In this document: one piece after another, positions 42,986-56,179 of the stretch
Position numbering within the stretch: the first letter of the stretch is position 1
Layout: each line of letters opens with the position of its first letter
From: Octopus sinensis
Lineage: Eukaryota
Direction of reading: 5' to 3'
NCBI RefSeq assembly: GCF_006345805.1
Contig: NC_043015.1
Span: 8,246,001 to 8,310,000 of the forward strand
Length of the DNA stretch: 64,000 nucleotides
Notes under the pieces: model-generated
Told to the model about the DNA's origin: nothing
The model's database searches: none
The model's input: only the letters and a program-made list of their open reading frames with translations
Position numbers and translations under genes: made by a program

Positions 42986-43467
42986 GCTATTAGCATCACG
43001 TATTGAATATTTCATTTATAGCCAAGCGTCTATTACCCATCGCCGATGCGTTCCTCACTGGTGGCAGTTGCAGGACTATCAGACCTTGGGTCCTGTTTAA
43101 AACGCTCCCATCCCCTCCTCAATGCAGTTGCCTTCTTTTGCGCTGTGATAAAGCTGGGGCATCATCTTCTAATGTGTCAATTACGTCAGCATAAATGTCC
43201 TTAGAAGCTAAACTCTTTCTACGCAGTTACATTTTCAAAAGGAGTCGCTACTAGTTACTATTTAATTCGACCCCAAATGTCAGTTTACCTGGTAGGAAGC
43301 AACAGAGTTATTAATAAGAACTGTTAAAATTTATGCATGCAAGATTTCACAGCTCTAGTGTCACACATTCATCGTTAGCCTATGAACTTTTTAGCTCACT
43401 CGCGTACGCTGCTGAAAACGTGCACAAACGGACTGCTCATGCGTGTAGCTCTCTTTCTCTTCCTCTC

Positions 43468-43498
<31 letters not shown>

Positions 43499-43504
43499 AT
43501 ATAT

Positions 43505-43538
<34 letters not shown>

Positions 43539-43545
43539 ATATGTG

Positions 43546-43716
43546 TTACATACATATAAGGGGGATGACCACTAACTAGACAACCATTATGCTACAAGTC
43601 AACCCCTTATGGTCTTACCACTTTGAAAGGAATGTTCTCAAGAAAATTTTGCAAACGCCAGAACTTCTAGCATAATAGATGTCCACTTAGTGGTCATCCG
43701 GCTTATATGTATGTAA
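43546..43716. repeat. Imperfect inverted repeat, 54-bp arms
   Basis: 43546-43599 vs 43663-43716, 47/54 matches by hand count, 63-bp spacer. Confidence 0.9.
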
Positions 43717-43820
43717 TATAATTTTTCCGAATCTTCAGATTTTTCTATATACTAGACCACTGGTTTTAAATTAATATTGATCAAATTAATATTCAATTTT
43801 TCACCCCTATTATTTTAAAG

Positions 43821-43857
<37 letters not shown>

Positions 43858-43950
43858 CAACAATTGAGGGCAAAATTAATTAATTATTAATCAATTTCAC
43901 CAAGTGTTCAGTATGCAAAGGGACCATTCAAGGCGAATTCAAATTATTAC

Positions 43951-44273
43951 ATTATATAAAAGGGCTTAGTAAAATAAATTACTTTGCCGCATACTGAACT
44001 CATTAGAAATAGCAGCCCAAAAAATTTTTTAAAGCTATTTCTAATACTTAAAGAAAATCTCTCTCATATATAGTGTTTGCTTAATTCAACTCACAAAAGT
44101 TTGGGGGTAAGTCCTTACCCCCAAACTTTTGTGAGTTGAATTAAGCAAACACTATATATGAGAGAGATTTCTTTAAGTATTAGAAATAGCTTTAAAAAAT
44201 TTTTTTGGCTGCTATTTCTAATGAGTTCAGTATGCGGCAAAGTAATTTATTTTACTAAGCCCTTTTATATAAT
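43951..44273. repeat. Near-perfect 323-bp palindrome
   Basis: Arms 43951-44111 and 44114-44273, loop 'tc'. One 1-bp indel and one substitution found by hand. Confidence 0.97.
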
Positions 44274-44629
44274 ATATATATATATATTATATAATATATA
44301 TATATATATATATATATCCCTCACCAGGTATAACATTCTCGAGGTGCCACTGACAAATATACACTTCTAAACTAGGGAAATTGTGACATAAGCTATGAGG
44401 ACATACTCGCTTGCCAGTCATAGCTAATTGATGCTTGTTTTAAATTTGTTGATAATCTCACTGTTGGCAATATATATTTAACGTTTCACCAAATAAATAA
44501 AATATTTGGTTAAACCAAAGTTCTTTGTCAGCAGGATGAGAACGAAAATCAGCAAGGTACTTTCCAGTAATTTATTAATCATTTTTCGAAAGTGACTGCC
44601 ATGTAGCCTGTACTCACAAAGTACACGAC

Positions 44630-45020
44630 ATATGAATTAGCTCTGGAAAATCTCCGGATTAAATGGTCGACCAATTCTTTCATAGAAGAGTCGAGGACAT
44701 TGACTGCATGATATTTTGGGTGGAGGATGAGATTGATGTTGTCAAGCCTTTCTCTCATACCATTTGATTTCTTCCATTTCTCGTCTAGTGGCTTTGAAGA
44801 TCTTGTTCCAATTGTGATGGAACACTGCCACTTGGAACGGTCTCGGGCTTGTGCTTCAAAAGATTTTCACGTGAGAACATTGAATCTTCCATTCCTGTTA
44901 CATGTTCTGACCATGGAAGACGGTGTTTCAATGATCAGCGATTCGATACTTCGTCGGCACTTTCCAGGACTTTGTTGTTGATCACAGAGTGTTCCCATTT
45001 GATGCTCAAGATTGCACTTA
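44630..45020 (-). mobile_element. RTE-clade LINE 3' fragment (degenerate)
   Basis: Minus frames read KWEHSVINNKVLESA, KHRLPWSEHVTGMEDS, FEAQARDRSKW and ISCSQCPRLFYERIG. Confidence 0.8.
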
Positions 45021-45159
45021 AATTATTAACATATTGCATGTGACTGAGAATGAATACAATGATACCCGGCCAGTAGATATTTTCGAAGAAGTTTTATATT
45101 AATTTTATTCAGAGAAAGATACCAATTTCAACTCTATATTTTATTGGTATTTATACATC

Positions 45160-45545
45160 TGGTAGAATCGTTAGCACAGGCAATATGACTTAGCGGGATT
45201 TCGTCTATTCTTTATATCCTGAGCTGAATTTCAATGGACATTGCTATTCATCATTTCGGAGTCGATAAAAAAGGAACCACCTAAACACTGGTATCAATGT
45301 AATCGATTTGATCCCTCCCCACAAAGTTGCTAGCCCTCAGCCAAAATCTGAATCCATTATGTATATATATTTTAAGGCGGCAAAATGGCAGAATCGTTAG
45401 CACGCCAGGCTAAATGCTTAACAGTATTCCTAACGTCTTTATGCTCTGAGTTCGAATTCCGCCAAAGTCGATATTTTGCGTCAGAAAATAAGTACCAATC
45501 GTGCATTGGGGTCGATGTGATTGACTTATCCCCTCCCACAAACTT
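45160..45545 (+). mobile_element. Two adjacent degenerate SINE family C copies (~45160-45340 and ~45372-45545)
   Basis: Each begins with .tgg.agaatcgttagcac and carries the aagtacc...ggggtcgat.t.at.ga.tt domain. Confidence 0.78.
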
Positions 45546-47194
45546 CCTGACCAATACATATAGCTGTCCTTTGTATTAAGGAAATACAGAAATTGTCGCT
45601 GGAAATACAAATATTTAACAAACTCTATTACATGATATAAGATCAATTTTACTTTTAACATTATGTGTTTCTATGATTGTTTCAAATTTTAATTGATTAA
45701 ATTCGAAAAATACATGCGGTACTTCTTTTGTGATGCATAAGTTCCTCTGTCTCTCCTTTTCGCCAACGTATGAAGACATAAAGAACCAACACCGCTAGTG
45801 AAAAGGCAATGAGATAAACATAACACACACACACACACACAACACACACACACACACACACACTCAAGCAAACGTATACATACGATTCACTTCCTCACAG
45901 TTTCTGTTTAGCAAATTCACTCACAACGCATTGCTCGTCCAGGGGATATAGTTAAACACTTCCCCCACTTACCGCGCAGTGAAACTGAAAGGGAAACCTT
46001 GAATCTGATACCGGATGCGGTACATTTGCTTTTATTAATGTAGTGTATTCGGAGATTCCCCTTAAAAATTATCCTGAGCGTATTAATATTCCAAATATAA
46101 CATGATTCGGTCATAAGAATTAAAACCACTTTATGTGGAGTACAATTTCTTTCAGTGCAAATGAGTAGAATTTTGTTAATTATTTTTATTGTTTTAGCTA
46201 TTATCTAACAGGTGTGGTAGAAGGAACACCTTAACACCTTAATTTTGACTTTATTTCTTTTGAGGTGGATTCGTATAAAATATAAATAATGGCCTATAAT
46301 AATCTCATTACGCAAATCGTTAAAATGAATAAAAAAAAAACAAATAAAATATATGAGAAAATAACACCTTCCCCTTAAACTCGTAAATAGTTCAGCAATT
46401 ACAGAATTAGGTTCCCACAAGGCGTTATAGCGTTATTAATTATACATCGATCGAGTTCCATTGTTATGTTTTGTTTCAGGCATGTCTAATTGTTATCGGC
46501 ATATCAATATTTCATTGCTGGGTCAGCTAATGCCAATTGCTTTCCTTTCAGATTTTTGACGTTTATTTTGATTATTTCTACTTTATTTAAAACAGATCTG
46601 CCTTGTATGATAATAACACTTTACTTTCCAAGTGTTGCATCGTTCAATGAATTTTAGTTGTGTTTTCTTCGGTTTTTGCCAAATGCTTTGCGAATTCTCC
46701 TTTATATGCCCAATTTTCCTGCGCTTGTTCAGTCAGCTGCAATCGAGATTTGTAAAAGAGGTTTAAATAGATTTTAACATTTCTTTGAATAGTTTAATGC
46801 TTCATGCTCCCTTTAAAAGTATCATATTATTAAGGATTTATATTGGAAATATGTAACATATTTATAGATTAACGTTCTTTCAAATTTTTCTATGAACATG
46901 AATTCCACTATGGTATAAATATAAAGTGTACTTTCAGTAATATACTATTATATATTGCTCTATATATACACTTAAAAGCATGTTAACATCTCCATTGTGA
47001 TGTTACCGAAGAAAATGAAACAGCGGTCGTAAACATTTTGGCCTGGTTCATTGCAGCGTCATTTTTTGTGAGTAAAATAAATTCTACTATGCCCCTTTCC
47101 TAAATAATATATATTTCCCTTACAATATTTTAGAACCAGTTGGTGCCTCATCTATTTGCTTCATTCATTTTAAATATCATTGTTCTATTTTTTA

Positions 47195-47312
47195 ACAGGT
47201 CGATAGAATAAGTACTAGGCTTACAAAGTATAAGTCCTGGGGTCGATTTGATCGCCTAATCATGGCCTTAGTTAAATGACTGAAGCAAGTAAAAGAGTAA
47301 AAGAATAAAACA
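47195..47312 (+). mobile_element. SINE family A 3' fragment
   Basis: cgatagaataagtactaggcttacaaag...ggggtcgattt...aaatgactgaagcaagtaaaagagtaaaaga. Confidence 0.85.
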
Positions 47313-48539
47313 GTAGAAAAGCATTGAAATACTTTACATAACTCAGATGTAGGTAATATTTTCAATTGCTGAAGTAGGCAAGGGTCACAAATGCACAATT
47401 AAATATCTGTCACTATACATACAACTATTTATTCGTATTTATACATTTATGTAAAACTTGGGCAATGATATCGCCATCGGCAACAAGTATACTCGCTACG
47501 ATTTACATCCCAATTACAACTCAATTAAATATATACACATATACATAATTTACCAGACATACGCAATGATATATACAAATACAGTGTTCGTATATAGAGT
47601 ATGTATATGGGTCTACTGTGCGTGTAGGGAGTCTAATTATATGGTTGTCTCTATGTGCATGTGCGTACGTATATTTATCTATTTAACTAATTCTGTATCA
47701 ATCTCTATATACACATATGCTTAAACATGCACAAAGGCATATATCATATATTAGGCAACTTTTACTCTTAGTCTTTATCAAGTATTTTGGTTAAGAACAT
47801 GATAAATTTTCAATGCGCGCGAAATTTTTCACCATAAAACCGTAACTGCGACCATGCGATGAATTTACAATAAGCATTTCTAAAGTTTGTGAGCACGTGA
47901 TATTAATGCAGCACAAATGCTTAAATAAATATAATTCTAAAAAATAAATCTAACTCCTGTTTTTCCATTTACTGAGGAGCACATATAATATAACAAAACA
48001 CCACTCCGGGATTACTGTTATAGACATTTGATTGAAAGCCTTCAGATAGAGAGGAATATGTATGTTCTTTTGGTAAGCGTACTTTTGTTAATGCACAAAT
48101 AAATTAGTCGTTTGAAGCTCGAATATGGTAAAATGTAATATAGGAGAGAAACGATAGTCCGCAGGCTGAACGCTCGATTAAATAATCTTCAGTTAACTCG
48201 AGGCAGTGTGACAAAGTAATAGGCATTCATCTGCATTTGCTGTATACAGCTATGGCTTATTCTGCAGTAGCACACACCCATCTTTTTCTAAAATATGCAT
48301 TGCAAAAATATATGAAATTAGAAAGTGTGGGCTTCAACTATGACATATTCATATAGGTTTCCGATAATATTCGTTTGAAATTTTAAACCGCTAATTTTAT
48401 ACATATTTTGTTTTACTTTATTGTTTACTCACTTTTGCTTTTGTTATTGGTTGTGTGAATAAGTGGCTATCGAAAAGTTTGATCCCAACCAATTGGAAGC
48501 CTTAATTCGCGGAAAAGGCACGGTATCCTCTTTGGAATC

Positions 48540-49320
48540 CATTGCGGGAGGACAAACAATGAGAGTTTAGACCTACTGAACGTCATCAGATAAATGATAG
48601 AAAAGGTTAGAGAGGAATTTGAAGATTCAGGATTCGCCTACGAGGTGACAACAGAGAAGAAAACCCATAATCGAAAATCTGATGCCATCAGAAGTTTAAA
48701 ATTCGTTGCTGAAATCTAGGAGTTCATCAACGATCATCGCAACGACTGAATGGTTGATGTTACACGCTAGACCATCTCACAGTTGGTGTATGAAAACATT
48801 CGCTACTTTACACACAAGTTAAGGAAGGGAAATTTCTGTCCAAGGTAATGCAGGAATAGGCGCTCAAGTAAACCAAGAGGCTGATAAAAATTTTGAAACA
48901 CCAGTTGGAGCCAGATATGCTGTGGTTCTAATCCAAAAAGAAGTAAATCAGCAAAGATAAGATCAACTCCCAGAACATGTGGTTCGCTGTCTCATCCAAG
49001 ACTCTACCAAAGTCATGTAAAAGAAATTTCCAGCGATAATCATGTTGTTCGGTATCGTCAGCAGCGAAGGTGATGTCATGAAACCGCCGTCTAACTCGAG
49101 AACACTAGGCTGAGCACCGACACTACATCGTGTTCTGAACAAGCGAGGTGGTGAAACCCAGGTATGACAGCATCATGAAGGACGGGTTGAGGACCGAGAT
49201 GACTAGGACATTCAGGGACCTAAAGCAGAAGATAGTGATGAACTCCGTGGCTGATGTCGAGGTCAACAGGGAGGTCATTGAGGCCCAGACGCAAATTCAT
49301 CGAATGAGATCAGCGGAAAA
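48540..49320 (+). mobile_element. Degenerate Tc1/mariner transposase remnant, maT/DD37D-like
   Basis: Broken frames read RKSDAIRSLKFVAEI, ISQLVYENIRY, LKHQLEPDMLWF, KKFPAIIMLFGIVSSEGDVM, YI...EVVKP and EVIEAQ..KFIE*. The subfamily assignment is from motif recall only. Confidence 0.7.
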
Positions 49321-49429
49321 TATAAGGACAAATGGATACAAATTTGACGAATACATCATAAACAGAAACAAAACCAAAAAAATCAGAGTTAATAGAAAGA
49401 TAATAAATACAAAGCCGCTTCAAAATGTA

Positions 49430-49580
49430 ATACATATCTGGGGCACCACCTTGAAGGTTTTTTAACTTTAATAATTTGATCCCAGTCTTTACATTTTGTA
49501 AGCCTGGTTTTTATTCTATTGTTTAATTTTACTGACCTGCTAAGTTACTGGATGTAAGCACACCAACACCGGTAATCAAA
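49430..49580 (-). mobile_element. Highly degenerate SINE family A fragment
   Basis: gcaccaccttgaagg...gtaagcctgg...ttattctat...gctaagttac...caccaacaccgg. Confidence 0.6.
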
Positions 49581-49949
49581 AATTGGTGAAAGGCAAGCAC
49601 AAAGATTCATTGGGATATCAATATTTAGAAACTATGCTTCCCAAAACCACAAAAGCAAGAGCTGAATCGACGACTACAGATTCAAGCCTTCACTGGAACT
49701 GTAAATATCTGTAAAACCTTCCAGATGTTTATCATTTCAGTATACATGATCATACCTAGACATGCAAGTATATGCATGAGAATACTTGCATAAAACAAAG
49801 CATACATATTTGTACATATATATATACATAAAATATACAATGTTGATATTGTTGACATTCAAACGATCTAGGTTGAAAACCGGCTCTTTCTCTATTGGTA
49901 AGAAATCTTGAAATAAAACTCAATAGAGCAAGGGGTATAGAAACGCCTT

Positions 49950-50276
49950 CAGACATGAATGACCATGGGATTACTACATCTAGAAAGTCACCCTCCGAGG
50001 CACAATCCAGACAAGGTTGTTTATGGAAGACCAACAATCGCCCATGCATACCAGCCTCCCATCACGACACCAACAATGCAATTCAAGGAAAAGGTAAATG
50101 CCGATTCAGTTTGGCACCAGTGACGTTGCAACTCATTTCCACAGCTGAGTGGTCTGAAGCAACGTGAAATAAAGTGTCTTACTCAAGAACACAACACTCA
50201 TCCTGGTACGAGAATCGAACTCACTACTTCATGATTGCGAGCCCAACGTTCAAAACTACGAAGTCATGCGCCTTCT
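49950..50276 (-). mobile_element. tRNA-derived SINE, family B
   Basis: Colinear with 10905-11246. Confidence 0.87.
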
Positions 50277-50364
50277 CTTTTTGTGTGCGTACAGACGCAC
50301 ATACATATATACATATACCTATGCATACACACACATATATATATGTCCACGTAGTTGTCATCTC

Positions 50365-50455
<91 letters not shown>

Positions 50456-50828
50456 TATATATATATGCATATGTTTATATGTATATGTATTGGTAGTGAG
50501 AGAGAGAAAATGAGTGGTATGCGGTCAGGCGTGTGCGACAAGGTTTCTTACGTGTGAAATACTGTTAAGCGAGATTTTTCACAATAATTTGAGCGTGCAA
50601 AAAGTGTATGCGGCTGACACTACTCAAATTTTCTGCTACTCTATCTTCAGGTGAGAAGTACTTTTGCTTCTAGTAGGATTAATATTAATATTGTCAGCTT
50701 CCAAATATCAGGTCTCAATGAATATACACACTTATGGCAAGATCAATTTCCCGCATCTAGTCAACACTTGCACATCCGCGTTTTGAATTTGTCTAGGCCG
50801 ATGTAAGTTTAACCATCCTTCGTGAAAG

Positions 50829-50937
50829 TATTTATTTATTTTTTGACCAAACTATAGTCAATATGTATAAAATGTAAGACAAGGAAATTAATGTCTTAAG
50901 TGCGTCATGTTCAACTGGCAGAATCGTTAGCATGCCG

Positions 50938-50974
<37 letters not shown>

Positions 50975-51310
50975 GTATATATGTATATATATATAAAGGA
51001 AATGAAGAAAATGCTGACAAAATAATTTAAGTAAGGGAAAGTGTATTTAATTAGGTGAAAGTTCTTTTTTTAAACAAAAAATGAGAAAAATTGGGTTAGA
51101 ACACAAAGTTCATTTTTTGTGAATGATTTCAGTGTATAAGAAAAAAAGTAAGAGTTTTTTACAGTGTTCTGTTTCAGAATAAGATATTTAGTAAAAGCGT
51201 GTAATATACAGTTTTTTGTTGAAAAGTTCAATGTCAGATTTCAGTGTAGAATAAAAAAAGGAAGAGTTTACCGGTTGCGCATTTGTTATGCTTATCATAT
51301 ATGCTATGCT

Positions 51311-51348
<38 letters not shown>

Positions 51349-51632
51349 ATACATTCCTTTACTATAAGCTTACGAGGACGCAAATATTGTGGTATGATTT
51401 AGTCGATTACAATGTCTAAGTTGCTCCTTCACTTCTTGACACGGAAAAGATGAAATACTAATTACACCAAGGTCAAATTTGAACGCAGCACGTAAAGAAT
51501 GCTGCTAAACATTATTCCCGACATGCTAACGATTCTGCCAGTTGAACATGACGCACTCGAGACATTAATTTCCCTGTCTTACAATTAATACATATTGACA
51601 AAAGTTTAGCGCCCCCGAAAATAAATAAATAT
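50829..51632. repeat. Local inverted duplication (~110-bp arms) including a SINE C head and its unique flank
   Basis: 50829-50938 matches the reverse complement of ~51519-51632. The right arm continues into a SINE C body (~51440-51545, minus strand). Confidence 0.8.
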
Positions 51633-51870
51633 TGTTCTACTGAGAAAATTTGAATGACCTATGGAAACTACATTTGTCTGAGCCATTTCGAAACTTATAT
51701 CTACTAGTGGAAATATCTGTAAGCCAAATTTTCTCCAATGAATAAAAAAATATAACGACCGTTATTTTAATCGTGTTTCATATATATACATATATTAATA
51801 CTTAATACTTTCTTGTCATCTTGTATATAACTTACACACACACAAACACACACACACACATCTATATATA

Positions 51871-52178
51871 TACTCTTTTGCTCTTTTGCTTGTTTCCGTC
51901 ATTTGACTGCGGCCATGCTGGAGCACCGCCTTTAGTCGAGCAAAACGACCCCGGGACTTATTCTTTGTAAGCCCAGTACTTATTCTATCAGTCTTTTTTG
52001 CCGAAACTCTATGTGACGGGGACGTAAACAAACCAGCATCGGTTCTCAAGCAATGCTAGGGGGACAAACACAGACACACAAACACACACACATACACATA
52101 TATACATATATACGACAGGCTTCTTTCAGTTTCCGTCTACCAAATCCACTCACAAGGCATTGGTCGGCCCGGGGCTAT
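51871..52178 (-). mobile_element. SINE family A lacking its tRNA head
   Basis: High similarity to 24591-24860. Confidence 0.9.
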
Positions 52179-55100
52179 GTATATATAAAATTATTATTCT
52201 TATTATGATAAGAATAATACTTCCTTGTCATCATTTGTCTTAACTCCGAAATGCCAATTTGGAGTTAAATGCCAGCCGACAAATTCAATGATTCATATTA
52301 TTAACATGAAATTGAAAACAACCGGTAAACATTTGAAATTTCTTAACATTATAGAAAGAAAATTAAATGTTTCTTTATGGCATTGAGAATTATTCATTTT
52401 CGTATGTCTATTGCTCTCTCTCTCTCTCTCTCTTTCACTCTCTCTTTCTCTCCCTCTCTCTCATATCTCACTCTTTCTCATTCTTTTCCTTTCTCTGTTG
52501 AAATTTACCACTCGAAGTACGGATCGAAAATGTTGTGACCACCACTATTTATTGCGTTCACGTTGTGAAAAGCATTTCTGTGATATAAATTGATCAGGAT
52601 CCCCGCTCGATTCAAGTTCCCTACCTGTCTATATTATGACGTAATGTACGGGTGTCAGATTACTGTGGTGCGATCTCATCTAGGTTGTATACACCTGAGC
52701 ATTACCAATCAATATAAAGACAACACGCTCTAATCTCTTAGCTAATATCTTGGCCAAAATGTTTCAACGTTTCAATATTTAAATCCTTGAGGGAGGACGC
52801 GTTGCAGCTCTTCTTCGCATAGAATTAGGGATTATCCTGTTCCGCTGCCAGCTGTGATTGGTAGCAGCCAAGGTGATGTTACCAAACTGTATGGCACACC
52901 ATCGTAAAACGTGTAAAGAGGGAAATCATTCGAACAAGCTATTTACACTTCGTTCAGTAATTCAATGCTTTTGGTTTTCATTGTCTGTTGACGGGTTTCC
53001 ACCATATTCAACTGATGGAGGTATGACAAGCGGCAATCTGTCAGCGCAGGGAGGCATTTAATTCCATCCTGAAACCAAGCCCGTATATCATCCACAAGAG
53101 TTGAGCAAAATTTCACTTATGGGGAGCAAGTGTCTTCTTGGAATCTAGTTTCTCGCTTACATTATATCCCTCTAAACACTAAATCATAGCCTTCTCAATA
53201 CGTGGCGCTTCCGCCAGCAATGTCTATCAATTGACTTTTCATCCTTCAACTCATAGATTTGCAGCTGCAGTTTTTGTTCTCTTTGTTGAAAAATTTGCTG
53301 AAGCTGAGTATCGCCGCAAGCACCACTGTTCCGACGCTTTCCTAGAGCGCGTCTTTGAATTTTCAAAGAAGCTCTCTCTCTAATATAGTTCTTATTATCA
53401 CTTACCGTTATTTTCAAGGAGACAACGAACCATTTATTTTTGATCATTACTCTCATAAACGTGCACTTAAATTTTGCGCTAATATTATCTGAAATTCTCA
53501 CACTGGGGAAAAAGAATCTTATAATTTTCACATCTCATACAACCTCTTCGTTTTCTATTGGCCTAAAATATTGTCTAAATACCTCCTGGGTCAGCTGAGA
53601 GAGTGTGTTCATGTCTACATTTTGGAAATCCACTCGTTACCAGTCAGACATTTTGAAGCGTTGAAAGAAGATAGTAATGCTTTTGCACTATGCTTCTTCG
53701 TTTTATCCCCACACACAGGCATCTCCGTTCAGAATATCGTTCCTGTCTTCCACTACAAATTGCCAAAACATTTTTGACCGGGCAGCTACTTCACGGTGAC
53801 GCCCTGACGGAGACATAGGTGGTTTCTAGTTGGAAGATACGGCTTTCGCTATTTATCAAGTTTACCAATATTGTACGCTGTGTTATTTCTTAATTATATT
53901 ATTGAGAATGACATAGGGGTAAACTATGTCATACATTATATCAGTTTGAAAACATTAGTGTATTTATTGAGGGACGTTTGTCTTTGGCTTATAATAGGTA
54001 GTTGAACTTGATATATAGAATAATGCTGGCTGGCCTGGAAATAGAGGAGAACGTCATAACTCATAGTTGGTTGCTTAACTAATTTGATCTCAATTTCTTC
54101 CGCCCAGTTTCACTTCATCATTCCTAAACTGATAACATACGTAGACGTGGGCATTAAATCACTACGGCAATAAATAATACAAAATAATCTGACACTTCTA
54201 TGATAGAAACTACTAAAAGAGTAAAGCAGATATAATCATCTTTATTTTTACATACATACTTTCTGGGAAAATCCGACCGGGCACTAGTTCATTCGATACC
54301 AATTGTAATGATTTTTTAAAATTAGGAATTATGTTGGTTTAAGTAAAATCAATGAAAAGTTGGTGGAATGTCATTGACGGCTGAATATGTATTTCGGAAG
54401 AAAATAATCACGTCTAAATTGTAGAAGACATGGTTGAGTTAATGATATACAGTTTCCGTAACTGAGTAAATTTAGACAGTATTGCATTGAATATTTGGCA
54501 CCCTATGATATTTCACCATAATTGACAACCAAAACTTTATGTTTACAATGGAAGAAGATGAAAGTTTAACAACATTTTATTGATATAAAATGAAAAGAAA
54601 TGGTTTTAGGTGTTATAAAATATTACAAAAACTGAAAAAAATCTTTTATTGAAGTATTAAACGTGTCACATGGTTTTGATAGTGAAAAATGAGAATAAAG
54701 AAAAAATGTAAATAAAATAAATAAAAGTAACTATAAAAAAATAATAAATGAAACGAAATCAATATTCCTACTTGAAAGAGCATTAGATTAAAATAACGAT
54801 GTGTATAACATTTATGATGTATATACAAATGTTGAATGGCGCTAGTTGCCATACGTTGTCTCAGAAACGAAAATGATAAAAAAACGCTTCCCTTTGGAGA
54901 TGTTTGTGTTAGAACACAGTTAGATAGATATTACTACATGGTCACATACTTATATTTTGACCTGATCTACTTAATAACGAACGCACAGACATGCTAACTT
55001 ATTCGGTATATTATGAGGGTAAAATGAAATAGCTATGTGCATTCGAAAGAGCATTAGAAAATGAATATCTAAAAAGAAAAAAGAATACATATGTGTCTGA

Positions 55101-55861
55101 CATTTATAAAGTACAGTATATGCATATATATAACGGCACTAGCTGTAAGATGTTCTGTTAGAGAAACGTCTCTTAAGAGACTCTGCGTGTTGAAAACAGA
55201 TTTGAAGGAAAGCACCTTGCATTCTGATTTCAAAATTCGAATGCAGATTTATTGCAGTATTAAATGTCCGGATGGAGTGTTTTTGCAATTGAGGAAATCG
55301 TTTCAAGTTAGACGGCAGTAGTTGCTTGTCCGCCGTCAAAATTCTGACAGATATCTATTTTTTAACCTACAAATTCTCTTACGACAAAATTCTGAGACCA
55401 AATCATTATAGCTAGCACTGTTCTATGTTTGTGAGTACGTTATAAATGCAATTATTTGAAATAAAATGAAATGGAATATTAAGCCATGATCAAAAGCCGA
55501 TTGAAGCAAATGTAAACAAGTTATAATCATAGATAAGGGAAAAGAAACATGATATTTCTTTAAAAGGTATTGATATGTGTGGGAAACACCGCATTGCAAA
55601 AATGGTAACAAAAAATATGGAAAAATCTGTTATTGCTGTATCGTATTGGTATCACAGAACAATTATTCTCCATCAAATTTAATACGCAAGCATATATCAG
55701 CAAAAATGTAAATATTATAATTCAAAATGTGTGTGAATATGCTACATTGGCAAAGCTGTAGGATGCTGGCAGATACAGGAAGTCATTAGTGATTTTGAGG
55801 GTAACAGGCCTTAGTTGCGCTCAGTAACTCTCTAATTTTCAACCCCACTAAGGGAGAAAAA

Positions 55862-55915
55862 TACCGCTATGCATTTCACACGGCGTGTTAACGATTTTGC
55901 CAGCTCACCGGCTTT
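55862..55915 (-). mobile_element. SINE family C head fragment
   Basis: Reverse complement is gtgagctggcaaaatcgttaacacgccgtgtgaaatgcatagcggtattt. Confidence 0.65.
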
Positions 55916-56179
55916 TCACATTTTTATTAACATTAAAAGATAGAAATACCTTGTTCAAAATAAAAGATGTGCACTTAGATACTATACGAAAAGGAGTTGC
56001 AATCTGTGTTCAAACTGAGTGCGTTCTATTCAAAATCAATTTAGCTTTATACATACATAAATACATACATACATACACACATACATACATACACATACAC
56101 ACGCACACTCATACACACACACACAAACGCACACACACATAATTAAATAATTCTTCTTGCTACTATATCGGATCTACCG

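Noticed and set aside
43720-43742. Minus-strand CTGAAGA-ttcg-GAAAA motif inside the permuted element
   Set aside because: No real stem II, and stem I does not pair at the first position.
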